From assembly GCA_964607485.1 (NCBI GenBank), contig CAZSKP010000056.1:1-25144 (forward strand): 25,144 bases of DNA. The letters are read 5' to 3'. Numbering within the stretch: the first letter of the stretch is position 1; each line of letters opens with the position of its first letter. The notes under the pieces are model-generated. The model saw nothing but the letters and a program-made list of their open reading frames with translations. It had not been told where the DNA came from and made no database searches. The translations under genes were made by a program, and so were the position numbers. Shown one piece after another: positions 1 through 7,356 of the stretch. The stretch comes from an uncultured bacterium (lineage in GTDB: Bacteria > Abyssobacteria > SURF-5).

Positions 1-1312
1 CTATCCACGAGCCGGTGTGAAGATTGTCGAGGTGATGCCTGTTCGGATTGCGGTCGAGGAACTCGCTGATGGTGACCGTGTGCAGGGCGTCATCGTTGCT
101 CAGTCTCTCATAGACCCGCGACAGGAAGTCCTCGCCGCCGTCGGGATAGTATTCCCACGCGTTCTCGCCGTCGAGGATGATGGGCACGATGGGCTGTCGG
201 TCGGCCCGCCAGTGCGCGCGGGCAATCTCCCGCAGGCGGAACAGGAAGTCGTCGCTGGCCTCCTTCGGCTTGTTGCGCGAATAGGTGAAGCCGAGCATGT
301 CTGAAAGCCCTCGGTCGCGGAATATGATATCAACCTCGCGGTTGTCAAAGCGCGCACGATAGGGGAAATAGAGGTGTTCGTAAATATTGTGGGCTCTCAA
401 CGTATGAGCGAGGATGGCCTCGTCGGTAGCGAACCACTCGATCCCGGCGTCGCGGGCCAGTGGGATAAGCTCGGGACACACCGAGCCCTCCGAGGGCCAC
501 ATCCCCCTGGGCGGCCGACCGAAAAGTTCTTGATGAAATGCCACGGCCTTCCTCACCTGCTCCCGCGCATCCTCCGGATGGCGAAACCTCTGGGGCAACC
601 TCGCCTGCGGCATCGAGCGCCACGCGAATTCGGAATCGTAGACGAGCGGAAGAATCGGATGGTAGAACGGGCTGGTCGTCAGCTCCACCTGATTCCTTGC
701 CTGCATACGGCCGTAAGACGGGACGATCTCGGCTACGACTTGAATCTGAGTCGAGAGCACTTCGCCCTTTTCATCTTCGGAGAAGTTGCGCCCCTTCTTG
801 ATGAGTTCGTCCAGCACGGGAAATCGCTTGCGCGCCCTGTAGCCGAACCATACCAGATTGAACCACACCTGAATGTCGCGGTAGGCCTGGGTGTTGAACT
901 TTCCCGTGGTGTAATCGTTTATCGTGTCGGGACTGATGTGCAGCCCGCGCTCGCGCATGAGCTCCCAATAGCGTTCGTGGGGACGTATCATATTGTCCCA
1001 GTTCGCCTGAAAGAATTCGCGCAGGATGAACTTCTTCTGGTCGGTCGTGAGCTCCTTCGCGGGGATGAGGCTGTGTTCATAGAACTTGTCCTTTGCGGCG
1101 CCGTCGCGATATGCGAGAAGCTGGGTGGCGAGGGAGGGCACGATGTTGAAGGTCGCCCTGATCCCCGGGAAATCCTCCAGGAGCGACATCATGTCGTAAT
1201 AGCCCTTGATAGAGTGAAGGCGCACCCACGGCATCGATATCTCGCCCGTGATTCGGTCGAGATAGAACGGCTGGTGCATGTGCCAGAGGAAGGCTATCGA
1301 GGCAGAACTCAA
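1..1312 (-). CDS. Glycoside hydrolase family 57 protein (3' end beyond the window edge)
   Basis: Not in the ORF track. Hand translation from TTG at 1312 (TTGA overlap with the GalT stop) gives FLWHMHQPFY...MPWVRLHSIKGYYDM, GMWPSEGSV (~480-506) and ILDGENAWEYYPDGGEDFL (~122-180), which are GH57 conserved regions. Confidence 0.9.
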   Translation of the reverse strand, partial: MSSASIAFLWHMHQPFYLDRITGEISMPWVRLHSIKGYYDMMSLLEDFPGIRATFNIVPSLATQLLAYRDGAAKDKFYEHSLIPAKELTTDQKKFILREFFQANWDNMIRPHERYWELMRERGLHISPDTINDYTTGKFNTQAYRDIQVWFNLVWFGYRARKRFPVLDELIKKGRNFSEDEKGEVLSTQIQVVAEIVPSYGRMQARNQVELTTSPFYHPILPLVYDSEFAWRSMPQARLPQRFRHPEDAREQVRKAVAFHQELFGRPPRGMWPSEGSVCPELIPLARDAGIEWFATDEAILAHTLRAHNIYEHLYFPYRARFDNREVDIIFRDRGLSDMLGFTYSRNKPKEASDDFLFRLREIARAHWRADRQPIVPIILDGENAWEYYPDGGEDFLSRVYERLSNDDALHTVTISEFLDRNPNRHHLDNLHTGSWI

Positions 1313-2328
1313 GCCTCAACCTCCCGCAGGAATTTGGCCGCCTCCTCGGGAACGGTCGGATTGATGAAAAAGCCGGTTCCCCACTCGAACCCTGCGACCA
1401 GAGTGAGCTTCGGCATGATCTCGATGTGCCAGTGGTAGTCCACGTCGAGCGTGACCCAATAGCCCATCCTCGGCCAGCGTACCGGACCCGTGTGGAGGAT
1501 GAAATTGTACTGCGGCTGGTTCAAGGCGACGGCCAACTTCTTCATGACGAAGATGAACGTGTCGCTGAGAAGCATCATCTCCTCGTGTTCGAGGGCGTGA
1601 AAATCAGGATGATGGCGTTTGGGCAGTATCCATATCTCGAACGGGAACCTGGCGGCAAACGGGCAGAAGCTCACGAAGCCTTTGTTCTCATATATAATCC
1701 TCGATTCCTGCGAGATTTCCTCCCTTATGATGTCGCAGAACACACAGCGATCCTTGTAATTGAAATATTCCTTCGCGCCCATCAGCTCTTCCCTCACCCG
1801 CTTGGGCGTGACCGGCGTGGCGATGAGCTGCGAATGAGGATGGCTGAGCGACGCGCCCGCCTGGCGTCCCTCGTTCTTGAAGACGAGGATATATTTGAAC
1901 CGCTTGTCGTTGTTGAGGTCGATGAGCCGGTTCTTGTACGCGAGGAACACCTTCGTGAGGCTTTCCTGCGTGTGCATATGGAACTTCTTGAAGTGGTCGG
2001 GCGTCTCGATAATCACCTCGTGCGCTCCGATGCCGTTCATCTTGTCATACATCCCCACCCCCGCCTTGCCCATCTCGCCCTCGACGCGGAGTGCGGGAAA
2101 CTTGTTGGGGACTACCCGAACCTCCCATCCCGGTCCGTTGGCCGCCTGATGGTTTTCCCGGAAGGCAAGGATCTCGGGCGGTGTCTTGTCCTCGTGACCC
2201 TCGCAGAATGGGCAGAAGCCGGTGTCGTCGGTGACGGGTTCCGAGTAGAAATCCGTCGGACGCTTGCCCCGTTCGGTTGCAATGATCACCCAGCGGCCAA
2301 TCACCGGGTCTTTACGTAATTCCGGCAT
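1309..2328 (-). CDS. galT: GalT-like nucleotidyltransferase (galactose-1-phosphate uridylyltransferase family)
   Basis: MPELRKDPV...RGKRP, CPFC, VVPNKFPAL, GAHEVIIE and the GASLSHPHSQ motif. Confidence 0.88.
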   Translation of the reverse strand: MPELRKDPVIGRWVIIATERGKRPTDFYSEPVTDDTGFCPFCEGHEDKTPPEILAFRENHQAANGPGWEVRVVPNKFPALRVEGEMGKAGVGMYDKMNGIGAHEVIIETPDHFKKFHMHTQESLTKVFLAYKNRLIDLNNDKRFKYILVFKNEGRQAGASLSHPHSQLIATPVTPKRVREELMGAKEYFNYKDRCVFCDIIREEISQESRIIYENKGFVSFCPFAARFPFEIWILPKRHHPDFHALEHEEMMLLSDTFIFVMKKLAVALNQPQYNFILHTGPVRWPRMGYWVTLDVDYHWHIEIMPKLTLVAGFEWGTGFFINPTVPEEAAKFLREVEA

Positions 2329-2369
2329 TATTTTTTTCTCCTCTCATGAGGATGCGACCTCACGATCCT

Positions 2370-3830
2370 TCACCTATTCCTGAGCGAGATGGCCTTCTGG
2401 TAGAGCTCTTCATACTTCTTCGCAGAGGCGTTCCAGGAAAAATCACACGCCATCCCGTTCAACATCATTCGTTTCCATTCGTCCGGTTTCGAGTACAGCC
2501 CGCGGGCCTCCCGGAGCTTTTCCAGCAGCGCGGAAGAGGAATACTCTTCAAACTTGAATCCGTTGCCCAACGAGAAAGCGGAGGCGACATAGTCGGTCAC
2601 GGTGTCTTCCAGGCCGCCGGTGGCGCGGACCAGCGGGACCGTTCCGTATTTGAGGCTGTACATTTGATTCAGCCCGCAGGGTTCATACCTGGAAGGCATG
2701 AGGAAGACGTCGGCGCCCGCCTCGATCTTATGCGCCAGCTCGTTTGAGAAGGCGAGTTTCAGTCCGAGCTTCCGGGGATATTTTTGCGCGAACTCCTTGA
2801 ACAAGTCGTGATATTTCTTCTCCCCAGTTCCCAGCAGAACGAACTGGTAGTCTTCCTTCATGATGTCATCCATCACGGGAGCCAGTATGTCAAAACCCTT
2901 CTGGTCGGCCAGACGTGAGACGACGCCCAACAAGGGAGTGTTGTTCATCTGGGGCAGGCCGAACTGTTCGAGCACGTCGGCCTTGCACCTGGCTTTACCG
3001 GAGAGGTCGTCGGGCCCGTAATTCGCGATGAGATATTTGTCGGTTTGGGGATTCCACTCGTCGTAGTCAACCCCGTTGAGCACCCCGAACAGGCGGCCCG
3101 AGCGTTTTCTCAATATGCCTTCCATCCCGCAGCCGAATTCCGGCGTCTGAATCTCTTCGGCATACCGGGGGCTGACCGTGTTCAGAACGTCGGCGCCGAC
3201 GATTCCCGCTTTCAGCAGGTTGATCTTTCCGTAGAATTCGATGCCGTCGGGAGTGAACAGGTCCCACGGCAGATTCGTGAGATGCATGTCCAGATGCCAG
3301 AACAGGCCCTGATAGCCTATGTTGTGGACGGTGAAGAGCGTGCCCGTGCGCTGGAAATCGGGCCTCTCGCGCCGGGGGAAATCCATGTAAAAGGGCACAA
3401 GCCCCGTCTGCCAATCGTTGCAGTGAATGACGTCGGGAGTGTAACCCAAAACCCTGCAAAGTTCGACGACGGCCTTCGAGAAGAAGATGAAACGCTCGGC
3501 ATTGTCGGGGTAATCGCCCTTCGGAGTGCCGTAGAGCCCGTCGCGGAGATAATAGGCCGACTTGGCGATAAAGTAGATCGTGGCGCCGCCGTTCAAAACG
3601 GTTCGGAACACTTCGCCGTATTCCTCGCCGTCCGACATGGGTACCGAGAAGGTCAGGTCCATATCATCGAGGTCGAACCCCTTCTGCTTCGTGGCCTCGT
3701 ACAGAGGGACGACCGCGGAAACCTCATGGCCGAGCTTGCTCAACGCCTTCGCAAGCGCTCCGGCCACGTCGGCGAGTCCGCCCGTCTTTGAGAACGGAAC
3801 CATCTCGCTCGTGGCAAGCAGGATTCTCAT
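2370..3830 (-). CDS. glgA: Glycogen synthase
   Basis: KTGGLADV, HCNDWQTG, MPSRYEPCGLNQM and TGGLEDTV motifs. Confidence 0.96.
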   Translation of the reverse strand: MRILLATSEMVPFSKTGGLADVAGALAKALSKLGHEVSAVVPLYEATKQKGFDLDDMDLTFSVPMSDGEEYGEVFRTVLNGGATIYFIAKSAYYLRDGLYGTPKGDYPDNAERFIFFSKAVVELCRVLGYTPDVIHCNDWQTGLVPFYMDFPRRERPDFQRTGTLFTVHNIGYQGLFWHLDMHLTNLPWDLFTPDGIEFYGKINLLKAGIVGADVLNTVSPRYAEEIQTPEFGCGMEGILRKRSGRLFGVLNGVDYDEWNPQTDKYLIANYGPDDLSGKARCKADVLEQFGLPQMNNTPLLGVVSRLADQKGFDILAPVMDDIMKEDYQFVLLGTGEKKYHDLFKEFAQKYPRKLGLKLAFSNELAHKIEAGADVFLMPSRYEPCGLNQMYSLKYGTVPLVRATGGLEDTVTDYVASAFSLGNGFKFEEYSSSALLEKLREARGLYSKPDEWKRMMLNGMACDFSWNASAKKYEELYQKAISLRNR

Positions 3831-5098
3831 GCTTTCCCTTCTGCCTTCTCGGTGGAAGGCATATATACTTTAACGGGCGGCGGCTTTATTTCCGTACCTT
3901 TGGCAATGACCACGATGCCCGAATCGGTCACGGTGAACCGTTCTCTGTCCTTGTCGAGGTCGTAGCCGATCTCCGTACGGGCCGGTACCCGGACATATTT
4001 ATCAATTATAGCATTTCTGATGCGACAGTGACGCCCCACGTCGACGCCGTCGAAAAGTATCGAGTCCTCGACCAGCGCGAAACTGTTTATGCGCACGCGC
4101 AGCGAAAGGACCGACCGCTTCGCCTTACCCCCACTGATGATGCATCCGCCCGAGACTATCGAGTCGAGCGCCACTCCGAGCCGTCCGCCCTTGTATTCCT
4201 GAGCGAACACAAACTTTGCGGGCGGATGCTGAGGGTGAAACGTGCGAACCGGCCAGTCGGGATCGTACAGGTTGAACACGGGACTGACCGCTACGAGGTC
4301 CATGTTTGCCTCGTAGTAGGCCTCTATGGTGCCGACGTCCTTCCAGTACTTCGCCGTCTTCTTGTTCTCGTCGATGAAATTGTAGGCGTAAACCTTGTAG
4401 GAATCCAGCATCGTGGGGATGACGTCCTTGCCGAAATCGTACAGGTGCCGTTTTTCGGGAGAATCGGCCAGCACCTCGACCAGAACGTCCTTGTTGAATA
4501 TGTAAATTCCCATCGACCCGAAACACAGGTCCTTTCTCCCCGGCAGAGGGGCCGGGTCGGAGGGCTTCTCCTGAAAACCGGTGATGCGCTCGTTTTCGTC
4601 CACCTGCAATATGCCGAACCGGTGCCCCTCCTCGAGGGGAATCTCCAGCGCGGCCACCGTCATGTCGGCCCCTTTGTCTTCGTGAAAATCGAGCATCTTG
4701 GCGTAGTCCATCTTGTATACATGGTCGCCCGAAAGGATTACGACTCTCGTCGTCCCGCCGTAATCGAGCAGATGAAGGTTCTGATAAATGGCGTCGGAGG
4801 TGCCCAGATACCAGTCCTTGCTCACCCGCTGCTGTGCGGGAATCAGCTCGATGAACTCGCCGAACTCCTGGGGGAAGATGCTCCAGCCGTTTCTCACGTG
4901 CCGGTTGAGGGAATCTGATTTGTACTGAGTGAGGATGAAAATGCGCCGCAGGCCCGAATTGACGCTGTTGCTCAGCGTGAAATCGATCAGCCGGTATATC
5001 CCCCCGAACGGGACGGCGGGCTTGGCCCTCTCCAGCGTCAGGGGATACAGTCGCTCCCCCTTGCCTCCGACCAGCAGCATTGCCAGCACATGCCGCAT
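3827..5098 (-). CDS. glgC: Glucose-1-phosphate adenylyltransferase
   Basis: GGKGERLYPLT, RAKPAVPFGG, LSGDHVYKMDY, FQEKP, SMGIYIF, YWKDVGT. 4-nt overlap with glgA. Confidence 0.95.
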   Translation of the reverse strand: MRHVLAMLLVGGKGERLYPLTLERAKPAVPFGGIYRLIDFTLSNSVNSGLRRIFILTQYKSDSLNRHVRNGWSIFPQEFGEFIELIPAQQRVSKDWYLGTSDAIYQNLHLLDYGGTTRVVILSGDHVYKMDYAKMLDFHEDKGADMTVAALEIPLEEGHRFGILQVDENERITGFQEKPSDPAPLPGRKDLCFGSMGIYIFNKDVLVEVLADSPEKRHLYDFGKDVIPTMLDSYKVYAYNFIDENKKTAKYWKDVGTIEAYYEANMDLVAVSPVFNLYDPDWPVRTFHPQHPPAKFVFAQEYKGGRLGVALDSIVSGGCIISGGKAKRSVLSLRVRINSFALVEDSILFDGVDVGRHCRIRNAIIDKYVRVPARTEIGYDLDKDRERFTVTDSGIVVIAKGTEIKPPPVKVYMPSTEKAEGKA

Positions 5099-5217
5099 TG
5101 CCCCTCAACCCCCTTCTGTCCCGAATCCCGGCGACGACGCCTGATCGACCCCGGGATAGAATCGGCGACACGTTGCATGCCGCCGTCACGCCCGCGCGCA
5201 ACCTCCCTGCCCCAGTA

Positions 5218-5246
5218 ATTTTAACAAAACAGGGGTCATTAGTCAA
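5218..5246 (-). promoter_or_regulatory. Sigma70-type promoter for the glg operon
   Basis: Minus strand TTGACT-17 nt-TAAAAT, with TGn just upstream of the -10. Confidence 0.6.
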
Positions 5247-5347
5247 CGGGCGCCGGACGGCTGTTTCGGGCATGAGAGTCTCCGGCCCGCGGGCCGATGC
5301 CGGGCTTCGAGCAAAGGCGCCGTGTAATACTTCGAGCAAATTTTTGC

Positions 5348-5376
5348 TTGACAACAAAAACGATTGGTGATAGTAT
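5348..5376 (+). promoter_or_regulatory. Sigma70-type promoter for the mraZ-like operon
   Basis: TTGACA (5348-5353)-17 nt-TAGTAT (5371-5376), with an extended -10 TGn. Confidence 0.7.
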
Positions 5377-5453
5377 CTAATTGTATGCCACGAAAAATAT
5401 TCATTATATATAGCACTCGGAGCTCGTCGGATTTTTTTCTTATGCCCGCGGAC

Positions 5454-5498
5454 GGGCAGATTTGGCATGTAATGGGCAATCGGGGGCGAAACGGGGCA
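5454..5498 (+). promoter_or_regulatory. 10-bp-periodic GGGC(A) direct repeats, putative MraZ-type operator
   Basis: GGGCA 5454, TGGCA 5463, GGGCA 5474, GGGCG 5484, GGGCA 5494, lying between the promoter and the likely start codon. Confidence 0.5.
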
Positions 5499-5530
5499 GG
5501 GTAGCCCCGGAACGACAAGGTCAACAACTC

Positions 5531-6007
5531 TTGTTCCTGGGAACATTCGAACGAAAGCTCGACTCTTCCTACCGATTCCGGCTTCCCAAGGAGCTGCTTC
5601 GCGAGCTGTCGCCCGGCTCTCACAACAGCCTTCCCTGCCTTTCAATCTTCGGAGAATGCCTCGTTGTATATCCTCCCAGGAGGTTCCGCCGGCTGGTGGA
5701 GAGTTTTTCCGCCTTTGAACTGTCCAACCCCGAACACCGGCAGCTCGCGCGGGACTTGTTTGCAAACATCGAAAACTGCAAGGTGGATTCGACGGGCAGG
5801 ATGACACTTCCGGAGCACTCGAGAAACTCCGCGGGTATCTCTTTCGACGTGGTCATCGTAGGCGCGGGAAAGTACTTCGAGATTTGGTCGAAGGAACGAT
5901 TCCGCGCACAACGCTCCGGCTCGGGAAACTCGTCGAGCAAGAACCTGAGCGGGAGTGTGTTGTTTAATGCACTTGAAGCGGATAGAACCGGGGGAATTGG
6001 AGAATGA
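5531..6007 (+). CDS. mraZ: MraZ-like transcriptional regulator (tandem AbrB/SpoVT fold), outside the dcw cluster
   Basis: (M)FLGTFERKLDSSYRFRLP, KVDSTGRMTLP (two DxxxR motifs) and VVIVGAGKYFEIWS. TTG at 5531, downstream of AAGG, matches the usual MraZ N-terminus better than the ORF-track start at 5462. Confidence 0.82.
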   Translation: MFLGTFERKLDSSYRFRLPKELLRELSPGSHNSLPCLSIFGECLVVYPPRRFRRLVESFSAFELSNPEHRQLARDLFANIENCKVDSTGRMTLPEHSRNSAGISFDVVIVGAGKYFEIWSKERFRAQRSGSGNSSSKNLSGSVLFNALEADRTGGIGE

Positions 6008-6792
6008 ATGTGAAGCACTGTTTCAGCCCTTGCAGAAAAGACAAAACGATGGGCGATGCCGCCCGTCCGGGTTCGGGGGAAGTCTTGCTTTCGCGGCAGA
6101 CGATGGATACGGTTGTGATATTTTCCCCCAACGAAAATTTTGTAGAACTTGCCGGCGACGCGCTTACGAAGCAGGGTTTTGACCCGCTTCCGGCAAACAG
6201 TCAGCGCCAGCTTACGAGCTGCCTTTCGGGGAGATACCTGAATTTCCTGATCGACTGCGATCAACCCAGCCTCCGAAAGGTGTGTTCGGTCGCCACAATG
6301 ATACGGAACCGCGCCCCCAACGCCTTCATCCTCGCCCATTGTCCCAACCTCAGTTGGCGAACACATGTGACGGCGGCCGGAACAGACGCAATCATGGACG
6401 GCAAGCAGGACCTGTCGCTCCAGATCATCGAATCTTCCACGGGGTTTCTGGAGAACATAAGCTCGCTCGTTTCGCAGCAGCTCCGGTCGACCCGCAGGAA
6501 GATGAGGGATGCCGCAATTCGGTCGAGCATAGAGAAGGCGACCGCCAGGCTCGCCCGTCTGTCGCTCAAACGGATGCTGCAGAACGACGAGAACGTCCGC
6601 GCCTTTTTCAACAATTCGTGGCCCGCCTCCAGACATGGTCAATACGTCGCAATCATCGGCGGCAAGACCATCGGGTTTGCCAGCAACCGGAAGGAACTCG
6701 CCGACCGCATCAAGCCTTTCATGCCGCCGGGAAACGTCTTGATTCAAAAAATCGACTGTGAGAACGATTCATACGGACAATACGCAACCTGA
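6004..6792 (+). CDS. Hypothetical protein with a degenerate receiver-like N-domain, a basic helical linker and a DUF5678-like C-domain
   Basis: ATGA overlap with the mraZ-like gene. Alternating beta/alpha pattern resembling REC (TVVIFSPNE...FLIDCDQP...AAGTDAIMDGK). C-terminal HGQYVAIIGGKTIGFASNRKEL resembles DUF5678. Confidence 0.6.
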   Translation: MNVKHCFSPCRKDKTMGDAARPGSGEVLLSRQTMDTVVIFSPNENFVELAGDALTKQGFDPLPANSQRQLTSCLSGRYLNFLIDCDQPSLRKVCSVATMIRNRAPNAFILAHCPNLSWRTHVTAAGTDAIMDGKQDLSLQIIESSTGFLENISSLVSQQLRSTRRKMRDAAIRSSIEKATARLARLSLKRMLQNDENVRAFFNNSWPASRHGQYVAIIGGKTIGFASNRKELADRIKPFMPPGNVLIQKIDCENDSYGQYAT

Positions 6793-6803
6793 GGGAGGAT
6801 GGC

Positions 6804-7151
6804 ATGAAGTTTCTGTGCGTCGCCGCAAATTCGGAGGTCTCCGTGAAGGTACGCAATTCGCTGTTTCCATGGAGATACTTCGAAGCCCAGGCCCTCATCG
6901 ACACGGGAGCCGACTTCTCCTGCGTTCCAACGCACATGATCCCCAACCTGGGCTTTGTCGCCTATCACATCATCGAGATAGGCGATTACGACGGAGTGAA
7001 GCGTCTGAAGCTCGCCTACAACCTCACCATCGACTTCTTCGGAAAATCCCATGACCTCGAAAGCGTCGTGGGCGTCGAGGGCGAAACCGTTCTGTTGGGT
7101 CGGGACGTGCTCGAAAACCATTCGCCCATGCTGCTGCTCCCCGCTCAGTGA
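6804..7151 (+). CDS. Retropepsin-like (clan AA) single-domain aspartic protease
   Basis: ALIDTGADFSCVP catalytic motif, C-terminal LLGRDVL, GGAGGA RBS, 115 aa. Confidence 0.85.
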   Translation: MKFLCVAANSEVSVKVRNSLFPWRYFEAQALIDTGADFSCVPTHMIPNLGFVAYHIIEIGDYDGVKRLKLAYNLTIDFFGKSHDLESVVGVEGETVLLGRDVLENHSPMLLLPAQ

Positions 7152-7264
7152 GCCCGCATTGAACCGCCGCTCTGCAGCCTCCTCCCCTTCTCCCGTGTTG
7201 GCTCCTTTTCTCTCCTCAACGAAGAAAAGCGAAAAAACCGGCGGACCTCCAAGGATATGACGGA

Positions 7265-7293
7265 TTGAATTTTGTTCGGGCATCAACTATAAT
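7265..7293 (+). promoter_or_regulatory. Sigma70-type promoter for the large MshEN-domain gene
   Basis: TTGAAT-17 nt-TATAAT. Confidence 0.65.
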
Positions 7294-7356
7294 ACCGACT
7301 GATTTGATTGGTCTGCCCGAATGCGGAAGCTGGCGGGACCCAAGAGGAGAGTGTCG

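Noticed and set aside
374-1438. 354-aa plus-strand ORF
   Set aside because: Antisense shadow of the GH57 gene, which carries the recognisable motifs on the minus strand.
1426-4918. Long plus-strand ORFs opposite galT, glgA and glgC
   Set aside because: Antisense shadows typical of GC-rich coding DNA, with no motifs.
5462-5530. N-terminal extension of the MraZ-like ORF
   Set aside because: MraZ similarity starts at TTG 5531, and the extension overlaps the putative operator repeats.
4125-5807. 560-aa minus-strand ORF
   Set aside because: Alternative frame over glgC, the promoter region and mraZ. Arg/Gly-rich with no recognisable family.
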